Shown: positions 9,126-19,772, counted from the first letter of the stretch. The stretch is 64,000 nucleotides of DNA from an uncultured Chthonomonadaceae bacterium (GCA_963817895.1 CAWFQB010000011.1:128001-192000); one strand, 5' to 3'. The notes: generated by a model not told the origin, from the sequence alone. A program made the numbers and translations.

Positions 9126-10478
9126 ATGAGCGCAGGAGCCGAAGCGATGCCAACCTTCGAAATCGTGTGTCTTGCCAATTCGCGCAAACGGCAGGGGCGG
9201 TGCGTGGCGGGGTTGCGGCTGGATGGCAAGGGCTGGCTGCGCCCGGTCGGTTCCAATGCCGAGGGCGTCCTGTATTCACACCACTACACGCTTCCTGACA
9301 ATACCGAACCGCAGTTGGGCGATGTGCTGCGCGTCCACTGTTCGCGCCCCCGGCCTCAACCGCACCACCCTGAAGATTGGGTTGTTATGTCGCTGCCCTG
9401 GGAGCGCGTGACCGGCGCGGCAGAAAACAATCGGCGCGACTGGCTGTACGGATACTTGTCGTCCGGTCCGCAGTTGTTAGGCAGCGCGGGGGATCGCATC
9501 GCGCAGACGCAGGTTCAGGCCCATCCGGTCGCCCATTCGCTGAGTCTGGTCGCGCCGCAAACCCTGCAATGGCAGATTACCGTCAACAAAGAGGGGGAAC
9601 GGCGGAACCGGGTGGCGTTCACGCTGGACGGGGCGCATTATAACCTTGCGCTCACCGATCCCGTCTGGGAACCACGCCTGCTGCACCTCAAACCCGGTCT
9701 GCACAACCGGGAAGCGGCGCAAATTGACGACAAGGCCGAAGTGTGGCTTACCGTTAGCCTGAGCGAACCGTTTGCCCCAAACGAGCAGGACGAGTCATAC
9801 TGCTATAAATTAGTCGCAGGCGTTCTGGTTCTGACGGCGGAAGCGGAATTGGCGCAGGGTAAATCAATAATCGCCAGGGGGAGCAAACCCACAGCCATAT
9901 CGCGCAGGCAGAAGGCGAATAAGCCTCTTCCCGCCTATGCCAGTGTTCCCGACCTTAGGGGCTATCCCGATCCATTTGCCGATGATTTACCGGCGATTGC
10001 AGTCTCAGGCGGCAGTCGCGCTGTTAGCCCGCCTGTGACTGCCGCAGCCATGCTGCCGCCTGCTTCGCCCCCGAACCTCAAAGCTACCGGCGCAGGGAAC
10101 AATACCAATGTAGAAGCGGAAGCGGTTCCGGCACTGCCGGGAAACGCGCCGACAAAGGAGCGCAATCCGAAACGGCAAAACCGCAGTCGGCAAAACAACC
10201 CGAACCGTAGCGCCGACAGCGATGCCCCGCCAACAACATACGGCAGAACCAACGGCAAGTGGGACACCCCACAGGATAAACTATTGTGGCAAAAGCAGAT
10301 GGCGCGGAGCCGACATACCAATGCCCCTGTATCCCTGCACTGGTCGGAGGACGAGGACGCGCTGCTGCTGCGGCTTGCGGAGGATGGCGAAACGCCCGAA
10401 GCCGTTGCTGAACAAGTAGGGCGGACATTGGAAGACGTTTACAACCGCATGGAGAAAATTGAAATCAGGTCTGGATAA
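9126..10478 (+). CDS. Dual OB-fold domain protein with disordered linker and C-terminal Myb/SANT-like HTH
   Basis: IVCLANSRK..GRCVAG...WLRPV N-terminus, Y.L.LTDP, LTVSLSEPF...CYKLVAGV; C-terminal WSEDEDALL...VAEQVGRT. Confidence 0.75.
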   Translation: MSAGAEAMPTFEIVCLANSRKRQGRCVAGLRLDGKGWLRPVGSNAEGVLYSHHYTLPDNTEPQLGDVLRVHCSRPRPQPHHPEDWVVMSLPWERVTGAAENNRRDWLYGYLSSGPQLLGSAGDRIAQTQVQAHPVAHSLSLVAPQTLQWQITVNKEGERRNRVAFTLDGAHYNLALTDPVWEPRLLHLKPGLHNREAAQIDDKAEVWLTVSLSEPFAPNEQDESYCYKLVAGVLVLTAEAELAQGKSIIARGSKPTAISRRQKANKPLPAYASVPDLRGYPDPFADDLPAIAVSGGSRAVSPPVTAAAMLPPASPPNLKATGAGNNTNVEAEAVPALPGNAPTKERNPKRQNRSRQNNPNRSADSDAPPTTYGRTNGKWDTPQDKLLWQKQMARSRHTNAPVSLHWSEDEDALLLRLAEDGETPEAVAEQVGRTLEDVYNRMEKIEIRSG

Positions 10479-10484
10479 ACAAAA

Positions 10485-11384
10485 ATGAGCGAAGAAACCA
10501 CACATATTATGACGAGCGGCATGGGCATACAAAAGCCGTCACCGCAAGAAACTCCTGCCGAAGATGCAAACGTCATTCGCGTGATTGTTTGCGGCGCGGC
10601 GGGGCGCATGGGGCGCGAAGTTGTCAAGGCCGTCAGCGAAGCGTCGGGACTGCAACTGGCAGCGGCGGTAGACGTGGCGGCAATGGGAGTGGATGCGGGC
10701 GATCTTGCCGGTATCGGCAGGGCAGGGGTGTGGATCGAAAGCGATCTGCATACGGCGATTATGCGGACTCATCCACACGTTGTTGTTGATTTCACGCTGC
10801 CGCATAGCGTAAAAGCAAACGCGATTGTCGCGCTGGACAACCGGGTTTCGCCAGTGATTGGAACAACGGGGCTTGCGCCCGCCGACTTAGCCTTTCTGGA
10901 CTCGCTGGCGCGGCAAAAAGGCATTGGAGCGTTTATCGCGCCCAACTTCGCCATTGGCGCGGTACTGGCGATGCAGTTCGCGGCACAGGCCGCGCGCTAT
11001 CTGCCGGATGTGGAAATCATCGAATTGCACCACGAAAAGAAACTGGACTCGCCCTCCGGCACGGCCCTGCTGACCGCGCAGAAAATCGCCCACGCGCGGC
11101 AGGAGGCGGGGCAAACGCCCATTCCCCCGCCCGACAACACGATTGAGAAAGCGCCCGGAGCGCGGGGAGCGCGGCACGTCAATACGGGCGATATTCCCAT
11201 TCATAGCGTCCGCCTGCCCGGTTTCGTCGCGCATCAGGAGGTGATTTTCGGCGGCGTGGGTGAAATCCTGACCATTCGCCACAACTCCACCAATCGAACC
11301 TCCTTCATGCCCGGAGTTGTTCTGGCCGTCCGCAAAGTGCGCGAACTAAATGGTTTGGTTGTCGGATTGGAAAACCTGCTGTAA
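10485..11384 (+). CDS. dapB: 4-hydroxy-tetrahydrodipicolinate reductase
   Basis: GAAGRMG, VVDFT, IGTTG, APNFAIG, EIIELHHEKKLDSPSGTA. Confidence 0.96.
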   Translation: MSEETTHIMTSGMGIQKPSPQETPAEDANVIRVIVCGAAGRMGREVVKAVSEASGLQLAAAVDVAAMGVDAGDLAGIGRAGVWIESDLHTAIMRTHPHVVVDFTLPHSVKANAIVALDNRVSPVIGTTGLAPADLAFLDSLARQKGIGAFIAPNFAIGAVLAMQFAAQAARYLPDVEIIELHHEKKLDSPSGTALLTAQKIAHARQEAGQTPIPPPDNTIEKAPGARGARHVNTGDIPIHSVRLPGFVAHQEVIFGGVGEILTIRHNSTNRTSFMPGVVLAVRKVRELNGLVVGLENLL

Positions 11385-11469
11385 CAACATCGCTATAAAT
11401 CAAGGCAGTATCATGAATTGTAGTTGTTGGGGATGCTACGTTTGTAGCGGTTTAGCAAGGAGATACGGC

Positions 11470-12696
11470 ATGTACACAGACGCATTTACGGTCAAGGATA
11501 CACGTTGTTTTGCGGATCAAAAAATGGTCTTTAACTGGCCGGGGCAGACGCCTCCCAAAGGCGAAGCAACAAAACGTCTGCCTAATGTTAATCTTCTGAT
11601 TGGCAACAACGGAACAGGAAAAACGACTATTTTCCAGGCGCTGACTATTGCAGCATTAGGTCCCTATCTGGCAAATAACATTTCGGGCTTTCGTACTCCG
11701 ACCGGTATACGCTACGGGAAAGAGGTTGCCGAGGCTTCAGCAAAACTCTACCTGGCTCCCATAGACACCGACGAAAATTCAGTACCCGATACTGAAAACA
11801 TTCATATTGCCGGGCATAGTGTCACGAGCATCATCAAGCGGGAGGGAACTGCACAGTCTCTTTCGTCTCGTTCGCGCGCGGAACGTTGGAAAAAAAGCCT
11901 TTTCTACGAAGATCTGCCGGCTTGTTTCCTGGCGGCTTACGGCGCGAACCACCGCACCGAACGACCGGAGGCCTATAATGAACGGCTACGTGGGTCTCGC
12001 TATCAGCGCATTGCGTCTCTGTTCGAAGCGCGCGTTGGCCTGATTCCGCTTTCTATGGCCTACAATCAGTGTCAGGAACGGAAGCGTTGGAGCGAAGTTG
12101 TGGAGATCGTTAACCAACTGCTTCAGCATCCGGTGACGTTAACCACAGACCACATGGATGGCGGTGAGCCGCTGTTCAACTACGACGGCATTCCTCTGCC
12201 CCTCTCGGAACTTTCAGATGGTTACAGGCTTTTTGTTGGTTGGCTGATTGACTTCCTGACGCATCTGGCGCAGGTGCTGCCAAACCGCCTGAAACTGGTC
12301 GAAGCGATTGGAATGGTGATTGTTGACGAGGTAGACCTGTTTCTGTCTCCCATCTGGCAGCGAACTGTCGTGGAGTCACTCTCAAATGTTTTTCCGCGTA
12401 TCCAATGGTTTTGCAGTACGCATAGTCCGTTAGTCGCCGGTTCGCTGGACAACGACAATATCTATCAACTCAAACGGTCTGCTCCGTTCACTTCGCAAAT
12501 ACAGCGCCCTTCCGATGCATTTGAGGGCCGGAGCGTAGAGGAAACCTTGATAGAACTTTTCGACGTCCATCAGCCGCGTTCTCCGCAGTTACAGCGACAG
12601 CTAAGTAGTCTGGCGGAACGTGCCGTGAAGGGCGAACCCGAAGCCTCTCTAGAGTATTTGCGCCGCCTCAATGAAGGGTCGGGCCGGCTAAAATGA
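11470..12696 (+). CDS. ABC/AAA_21-type ATPase (PtuA-like)
   Basis: Walker A GNNGTGKT, signature LSDGY, Walker B IVDEVD, H-loop STHSPLV; AAGGAG RBS. Confidence 0.88.
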   Translation: MYTDAFTVKDTRCFADQKMVFNWPGQTPPKGEATKRLPNVNLLIGNNGTGKTTIFQALTIAALGPYLANNISGFRTPTGIRYGKEVAEASAKLYLAPIDTDENSVPDTENIHIAGHSVTSIIKREGTAQSLSSRSRAERWKKSLFYEDLPACFLAAYGANHRTERPEAYNERLRGSRYQRIASLFEARVGLIPLSMAYNQCQERKRWSEVVEIVNQLLQHPVTLTTDHMDGGEPLFNYDGIPLPLSELSDGYRLFVGWLIDFLTHLAQVLPNRLKLVEAIGMVIVDEVDLFLSPIWQRTVVESLSNVFPRIQWFCSTHSPLVAGSLDNDNIYQLKRSAPFTSQIQRPSDAFEGRSVEETLIELFDVHQPRSPQLQRQLSSLAERAVKGEPEASLEYLRRLNEGSGRLK

Positions 12697-13631
12697 TCCA
12701 ATATCCTATAAGTCTGCGCGATTTGGCCCGTCATGTTCGCAAGCAATTTCCCACCACCCTGAACCGCAACGGCACACCACGCAGGAATGGCAGAGAAGCC
12801 TGGCTTACAAAGGCGAGCCGCTTATCCACACAATTGAAAGCGCATGGTAGTTACAATCTGGAAAACAGGGACGAAATATGGAACGAACTGAAACCTCTTT
12901 TTGCGCGGTTACAGGGTGGGGGCAAGTGCGCCTACTGTGAAACGATGCTTCCCACTCACAAAAGAGGGATGCCTAAAGGCGATCTGGAACACTATCGTCC
13001 CAAGCAAGGGGTTATAAAGTGGCCGACAACACATGCCATTTCCGTCGGCGCGAACGCCCCTGACTGTTACTATTGGCTTGCCTTCCATTTGCGAAACTAT
13101 CTGCTTGCCTGTGAAGTTTGCAATCGTGACTTCAAGCAGAACTACTTTCCTATTGCTGGACAACGTTGCTCCGCAAATTCCAGGCAACCACGCTACCTGA
13201 TAGCCGAGCGTCCCTATCTGCTGCATCCGCTCGATCCGAATGACTCTGCCCCGGAGCAGTTGATTGGATTTGAGGGAATTGTACCCATTCCCATAGCAAA
13301 GCCGGGAACACATGATTACTGGCGGGCCAAAGTAACCATCGAATTGTTGGGGCTAACGAATGGCAGACGGCTTGAGTTGGATTTTGAACGTTCGCAAACA
13401 ATTACAGGTATCTACACAGCTTTAAATTCTGTTGCTAACAACGACCCAACAAGAAGGAAACTAGCCAAACGGACGCTAAAGAAACTTCAAGACAACACTT
13501 GGCCTCACCGCAACTGCGCGCGTCGTTTCAAGCGTCTGTACGACGATGATCCCACTGAGGCGGCACGGCTTGCTGAAGAGGCTGCAAAGTTTGTAGATGA
13601 ATGGTTGCATCGTCGAGCGCAACCGTTGTAG
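12693..13631 (+). CDS. HNH endonuclease (PtuB/retron-effector-like)
   Basis: KCAYCE, DLEHYRPK, YYWLAF...NYLLACEVCN...K.NYFP, PYLLHP; ATGA overlap with the ATPase. Confidence 0.85.
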   Translation: MIQYPISLRDLARHVRKQFPTTLNRNGTPRRNGREAWLTKASRLSTQLKAHGSYNLENRDEIWNELKPLFARLQGGGKCAYCETMLPTHKRGMPKGDLEHYRPKQGVIKWPTTHAISVGANAPDCYYWLAFHLRNYLLACEVCNRDFKQNYFPIAGQRCSANSRQPRYLIAERPYLLHPLDPNDSAPEQLIGFEGIVPIPIAKPGTHDYWRAKVTIELLGLTNGRRLELDFERSQTITGIYTALNSVANNDPTRRKLAKRTLKKLQDNTWPHRNCARRFKRLYDDDPTEAARLAEEAAKFVDEWLHRRAQPL

Positions 13632-13826
13632 AGGTTAGGAGCAAGGTTCCAGATGAAAAACTGCTGGTATATTTAAGCCGCATTTTCCTATCGTTTGGCA
13701 TAACTTTGGCTGATAACATGCAGGAAGGAGAAATGTGGGGTATACTTACTAAAATTAGTTTTGTACCGAACTATTTTGTCAAGTGGAAAGTTGGTTTTCG
13801 CTTTCCCGCTGAGAAAGTGTATCGCC

Positions 13827-14892
13827 GTGACCCGTGACCCGAAAACAAGCACGGAACCCCTCGGTTTTACCCGTTTCGCCCTGCTGCTGCATACCATTCC
13901 GCACATCGGCGAAAAAACATTGACGCGCCTGCTTCACCACGTTTCTTCGCGCCGTATCGAACCCGAAACCTGCCTCCAATGGTCTGTGGAAGAGTGGCAA
14001 ACCCGCTGTGAACTCGACCCGCGCGCCGCCGCCACGCTTTGCGAACAACAGGACGCCCTGCTTTCTCGCGCTGAAGAGATGGCGCGAACAGTCCGGCAGC
14101 ACAGCCTGCACGTTCTCACGCCGCAAAGCCCCGCGTATCCCGACCGTCTGGAACGCTTCGACGATTCGCCCCCGCCCATCGTCTACGCGCTCGGCAATCT
14201 CGGCCTGCTGCTGCCCCTGCCCGCGTTGCCGGAATTCGTACTGCGCCTGCCACGCCTACTGCCCCCGCGCCCAAAGCAAAATCGGCTGCGCTCTATCAGG
14301 ACAAACGCCGATAATTCAGAACAAACGGCGACTGCCAAAACGCCTGCCGCTTCCACTCGCGCGCCCTTCACGTTCAGCATCGCGGTTTCCAATGGCGCGG
14401 ACAACGCTACGCTGAAGCGGATGGAGGCGATGGCGACGGTTCTTGTTCAGCGCGGGTGCGTACCCGTGACCGGACACGACCGGACGCCCTATAAACGTTT
14501 AGCATTGGCGGCGCAACGGCAAAATCGTCCCGTTATTTATGTCATGGATCGCGGCTTGCGCGACGCGATTGGGGCCGGCTTTTGACCGTCCGCCCTTTGC
14601 CGAGGCCCGTATCCGCGAAACCGTTTTCGATACCGTTCGTGACCTGGCGCTCTCTCCTTTTCGATTGGATGACCACGCGATAGGCGCGAATTTGCGCCGC
14701 CGGGATCGCATGTTGTATGCTCTTGCCGATCTGATTATCGCGCTGGATGTGCGGGCCGGGGGCGGCATGGCGGCGGAGTGTCTGCGGGCGCATGAGCAGG
14801 GGCGTATGGTGTGGGTGGCGGCGGGAGGGCGCGACGGCAACGCGGCCTTGCGCGAAGCGGGATGTACAGGGATGCCGGAGGGTGACTGGTAA
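13827..14892 (+). CDS. Divergent DprA/Smf-like protein, frameshifted
   Basis: LHTIPHIGEKT (HhH), YPDRL....DSPPPIVYALGNL, RRRDRMLYALAD, GNAAL..AG. Confidence 0.7.
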
Positions 14893-16153
14893 TGAATATC
14901 ACAAAAGCGTTGACGCAGGCCGGGGACGATTGCCCGGATGCCGGACATTTTTACGGGCGCGAAGTGGCTGCCGCCCTCCTGGAAGGGCAGCCCCTGTCCG
15001 AAGTGGCGCGCCTGATTACCGAAGTGATCGCCCGCCAGTTGCGCGTAGAGCGCGTGGGCCTGTTCCTCCACGACGAGCGCGGCGCTATGGACCCGGCGGC
15101 TCTGCGCAACGTGTCGCCGGAGTATGGCAAGGCGGTCACGCGGATTGTGCCTGTATCGCCTTTTCTCAGCCGCGCGCAGGCGACCGGCCTGCCCGTATTT
15201 GCGCGAAATGTGCAGCAGGACGCGCAACTCAGTTCCGAACTGCGCGACCTTTACTGCCGCGAAAACATCTCCAGCATCCTGATGATTATGCTGCAATACG
15301 AGCAAAAGCTTGCGGGCGTACTCGTCGTTTACCCGGATGCCGAGCGGGTGTTCACGCCACAGGAGATAGCCGGGTTCCAGAGTCTGGCGGATATGGCGAC
15401 GCTGGCAATCGCCCTTTCGCAGCGATTTCAGCAGCAGCGCGAAATCGCCATGCTGGAAGAGCGCAACCGGCTGGCGCGCGAAATCCATGATACGGTCGCG
15501 CAGTCCCTTGCCGTGCTGATTTTCCAAATGGAAACCACGCGCATTGCCCTGCGCCGCGCCGATATTGCCGGAGCCGAAGAGATGCTCACGCAGGCGCACG
15601 GGCTGGCGAAAAACGCGCTGGAAGATACGCGCCGCGCTGTGCGCGGATTGGCGGCGTCCGCCGCGCAAATCCTTTCGCCCGCGCAGGCTATCGCGCAGGA
15701 AGCCGAACAACTGGAAGCCGAATCCGGTATTCCCACGCAGTTTATTTTGTCGGGCGAGGAGCAGGCGCTCAATCCCGATCAGCGCGCGTCCCTGCTGCGA
15801 ATCGCGCAGGAAGCTCTAACCAACGCCCGCAAACATGCCCGCCCGCAGCGCGTCCGCGTCGGCCTGCAATACGGCGCGGAAGAAGTCACGCTGCTGGTGG
15901 AAGACGATGGCGTGGGATTTGATCCCGAAGCCGAGCGCACTCCCGGCGCGGAGGGCGGCTACGGGCTTTTCGGCATCCGCGAACGCGCCAAACTCGTCGG
16001 AGCCTCCTGTACATTGACAGCACTCCCGGTTGGGGAACGCGCCTGCGCGTTTCGCTTCCCTATCGCCCCGCCACGCCGATTCACGAGGAGAAGAAGAGAA
16101 GAAGAGAAGAAGAGGAGAAGAGGAGAAGAGGAGATACGGGAAGGAGCAGCTGA
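14892..16153 (+). CDS. GAF + HisKA_3 sensor histidine kinase (NarX-like), frameshift near 16010
   Basis: EERNRLAREIHDTVAQ, RIAQEALTNARKHA, VEDDGVGF, YGLFGIRERA, DSTPGWGT in the shifted frame. Confidence 0.9.
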
Positions 16154-16201
16154 ACTCATCCCTCATCCTTCATCCTTCAATCCTCTGCCCTCGACCGCTC
16201 T

Positions 16202-16843
16202 CCCATCAAGGTATTGATTGTGGACGATCATGCGCTGGCGCGGCAGGGGATACGGGCGATGCTGCAAACCAGCCCGGATATTGTCGTCGTGGGGGAAGCC
16301 GAAAATGGCGAGGAGGCGGTAGAGCAGGCAATAAAATTGGAACCGGATGTCGTGCTGATGGATTTGCAGATGCCGAAAGTGGATGGGTTGGAGGGCTTGC
16401 GGCGTCTGCAAATTCGCAGGCGGCATATTCCCGTCATGATTTTGACCACGCTGCAAACGGAACACACCATTTCGGAAGCGCTGCAATCCGGCGCGCGGGG
16501 ATTTCTGCTCAAAGATACGAACGCCGAAGAACTTCTGGCGGCGGTACATGCGGCGAAGCGGGGCGAAACCCTGCTGGCTCCCGCCATCGCGCTCCGACTT
16601 GCCGATCTGGCGGCGGGACACGGGCGTTTCGATTTGAACGAGCGCGAACGCGAAATTCTGCAACTGTTGGCGCAGGGCGCGCGCAACAAAGAGATCGCCA
16701 CCGCCCTGTTCATCGCGCCCAAAACCGTCGAGTACCACCTGTCCAATCTCTTCACCAAACTGGGCGTCTCCAACCGCACCGAAGCCACCCGCCTCGCCTT
16801 GGAACAGGGACTTGTTCCCCCGATTGGCCGCTCACCGAAGTAA
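16202..16843 (+). CDS. NarL/LuxR-family response regulator (possibly the C-terminal part of a kinase-regulator fusion)
   Basis: PIKVLIVDDH, VLMDLQMP, GARGFLLK, LNERE...GARNKEIA..LFIAPKTV.YH; no ATG or RBS of its own. Confidence 0.9.
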   Translation, partial: PIKVLIVDDHALARQGIRAMLQTSPDIVVVGEAENGEEAVEQAIKLEPDVVLMDLQMPKVDGLEGLRRLQIRRRHIPVMILTTLQTEHTISEALQSGARGFLLKDTNAEELLAAVHAAKRGETLLAPAIALRLADLAAGHGRFDLNEREREILQLLAQGARNKEIATALFIAPKTVEYHLSNLFTKLGVSNRTEATRLALEQGLVPPIGRSPK

Positions 16844-16849
16844 AAGTTT

Positions 16850-16999
16850 TCACCACAGAGACACAGAGACACAGAGGTTTCACAGAGAAAACAAAAGGAG
16901 AGGGGAAGAGATTGAAATAGTAGAGATTACGAAGACATGAGCAGTTTCTCATCTCTCTCCCTTCATCACCTCTGTGAAACCTCTGTGTCTCTGTGGTGA
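16850..16999. repeat. Inverted-repeat element of CACAGAG arrays between convergent genes
   Basis: TCACCACAGAGACACAGAG...GTTTCACAGAG and its reverse complement CTCTGTGAAACCTCTGTGTCTCTGTGGTGA. Confidence 0.9.
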
Positions 17000-17000
17000 G

Positions 17001-17812
17001 CTATTTGTGTTTGGCTTTGGCAGGACGTGGAGATTGGGGGCGTTTTGTGCCGTAGGGTTTCTTCATTGGTTCTTCGTAGGTGTCGCCGACAATTAGGCGC
17101 AGCAGGTTGGGTATCCACGAATCGCGCTTGCCCGCGCCGTATCCGATCACGCGGGGAACAAAGGCGGGAACCGGGGCGATGTTGCCGTCGGGCGTCCGTT
17201 CGGCCCACTCCGACAGCAGACACGCGCCCGTCGGGGTAATCAGTTCTTTGGGGCGGTCATCGGGACGCAGCGGAAAACCCGACGAGCAGTTCCATCGTGG
17301 CGGGGGCGGGAACCGGCATGGTTCCGTGCGCGCACTCGACCCAACCCCGATTGAACGGGAGCGGGGAGGCGTACACTTTGTCCACGCCCAGCATCTCCAG
17401 CCCGATACACGCGCCGACAATATCTACAATGGCGTCTACAGCGCCGACTTCGTGAAAGTGGATGGTATCGGGCGTCATGGCATGGATTTTGGCTTCGGCG
17501 TGGGCAAGGCGGTTGAACGCGCCCAATGCGCGGCAGCGAATGTTTTCCGACACGCCGCTTTTGTGCAGAATCTCTTCGATGTCGGCCATGTGACGCCCGT
17601 GTCCCTGATCCTGCTCCTGCAAAACCACGTCCACATCCATGCCCGAAATGCCCTCTTTGACCACCATGCCGGTCTTGAAGTTCGTACCCCGGCACATTGA
17701 GTTTGGCAAGTTCGGCCCGCCACTCGTCCTCATCCACGCCCGCATGAAGCAGCGCGCCCAGAATCATATCGCCGCTGACGCCGCTGAAACAATCAAAATA
17801 CGCAATTCGCAT
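17001..17812 (-). CDS. larC: LarC-family nickel insertion protein, N-terminal part only, frameshifted
   Basis: [62 protein letters not shown]...PNLLR. Confidence 0.88.
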
Positions 17813-17836
17813 AAGAGTTCTCCAGATCAATCCTGT

Positions 17837-18726
17837 CTATGGTATTTGTTTTTCTTGTTCGTTGAGGAAGAATTGTACGGCGGCTTCGCCTTCCGCGCCT
17901 AATTCTCTGGAATATTCGTTGACGTACAATCGGATGTGGGATTCGATCACGCCCTCGCTCAAATCCTGCGCGTATTGTTTGCAGAGTTCAAACGCCGCGT
18001 CATAGTGGTCGTAGGCCCACGCAAGGCTGCGCTGAATCAGGTCTGTCAGCGGCGCGGCTAAATCAAGGGATTTACGAACGCAAATCGCGCCGAGCGGAAT
18101 GGCGTACCCGGTTTGCTGTTCCCAAAACGCGCCCAAATCCTGTATCAGCGTCAGGCCGTCCTGTTGGTACGTAAACCGCTTTTCATGTATCACCACGCCC
18201 TGCGCCCCCGGCGTCCGGCATAACTCCTCATACAGTACGTCAAACGGCAAAAACCGTTTTTGCAATACGCCATTGCCCTGCCAACCGGCATAAAAATCCA
18301 GCAGGAAATTCGCGGTCGTATTCGTGCCGGGAACGAGTAAGGGCAAGGATGAAGGATGAAGGATGAAGGATGAGTCCATTGCCGATTGCCGATTGCCGAT
18401 TGTGGATTGATTATCCTCAGTCTCCTTTTCTCCTTTCTCCTTTTCTCCTTTTCTTTTATATTCCTCAGCAGCAGCGGCCCGACGCCCCGGCCCAACGCGC
18501 CGCCGCAGGGCAGCAGGTCGTATTCGTTGCGGCAATGAATGTAGTTGGCGTAACTGATTTTTACGACGTCCAGATTGCTTACCTGCGCCTGCTGATTTAG
18601 ATTTTCCACATCCTGAAAATCTACGTCAAAGCGCAGGCCGTTCGTGTCAATCTCGTTCAGCAGGATGCCGCTGAAGATAAAAACATCGTTAGGGCAGGGG
18701 GAGATTCCCAAGTTGAGTGTATTCAA
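17837..18726 (-). CDS. mqnD: 1,4-dihydroxy-6-naphthoate synthase with microsatellite insert and frameshift
   Basis: GISPCPND.FIF, DVE.LN, GGALGRGVGP, PG..TTA, VIHEKRFTY, DLG..W......IPLG, HI.LYVNEYS. Confidence 0.92.
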
Positions 18727-18740
18727 CGCGCATATGTTTG

Positions 18741-19450
18741 CTAAATAATCCGCAGATTGGCGATGGCAAGGCGTATGTTGTCCGGCTGCATGTCGCGGGT
18801 GGACGCGATGTTGCTGATGGCGCGGATTTCGCTGACGGGAATCCGGAACATCTGCCCGGCCTGCGCCACCGCTGCGCCCTCCATGCTTTCAAAATGCGCG
18901 TCAAAAGTCTGTCTGCGCAACAGGCCGGTATGTTCCGTTCCCGCGCACTGATTGACAGTGCAGCCTCTGCCGCTGTGTACCTGATACGCGCTGCGGCGAA
19001 TTCGCGGCAGGCAAAGGGCGCAATCCATTTCGGCTCGATATGCAGCGGCAAGCGGTTCCGCATACGGACTTGCCAAAGGGGAAGCCTGAATAGATTGAAA
19101 GCCGGGTTCGTCGGCAGTTCAAAGCCAACATCGCCGTACACTTCCGACGTTCCAACCACAATGTCGCCAATGTTGATGCCGGTATTCGGATACGCGCCCG
19201 CGATGCCGATATTCCATATACGCGCCGGACGCGCTTCTTGCAGCAACCGTACCAGAAACGCGAGAGAAGCGGGAATACCGACGCCCACAACGGCAAATGT
19301 AAGCGCGGCACTGTACGCCATTTCTCCCTCGGCCAACCGTGACCGCTCTTCTTCACGCGGCCACCATGCCCGCAATTCCATCCACGTCGCCGCGCATATC
19401 AATAAGTTTGTGCGCCAGGGGCGTTCTGGTTGTTCACTTGTGCTGTTCAT
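18741..19450 (-). CDS. mqnB: Futalosine hydrolase-like nucleosidase, frameshifted
   Basis: GVG, NIGIAGAY, ESMEGAAVA, EIRAISN; directly upstream of mqnD. Confidence 0.82.
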
Positions 19451-19451
19451 A

Positions 19452-19753
19452 CCTCACCCCCGGCCCCTCTCCTTGCCGCGCAACGCGCTAGGAGAGGGGA
19501 GGCGAAAATTAAAGTTTACCGCGTATAGACCGCGCTTTCCCCTTGTTCTACTGTTGAATACGCTGCAAACGTTATGAGCATTTGACTTGTCTTTTGATTG
19601 TGCCGTACAATACAAACTAAATCTCAAATCCACCTTCTCACCAGACATAATGTACTATCTCCAAAAGAGATTACTATCCTATAGAACATTGTACGTCTAC
19701 AGTCTCCCCTCTTCTAGCGCGTTGCGCGGCCAGGAGAGGGGCCGGGGGTGAGG
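19452..19753. repeat. Inverted pair of CCTCACCCC...CCCTCTCC...GGAGAGGGG palindromic elements flanking the divergent mqnB/hisS promoter region
   Basis: 19452-19500 is nearly the reverse complement of 19705-19753. Confidence 0.9.
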
Positions 19754-19772
19754 TAAAAAGGACAAACTACTC

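Noticed and set aside
11384..11470. Retron ncRNA upstream of the ATPase-HNH pair
   Set aside because: No reverse transcriptase in the window and no a1/a2 inverted repeats seen.
16151..16153. In-frame TGA in the kinase-regulator linker as a second selenocysteine codon
   Set aside because: Not at a conserved Cys, lies in a low-complexity repeat linker, and no SECIS-like hairpin follows.
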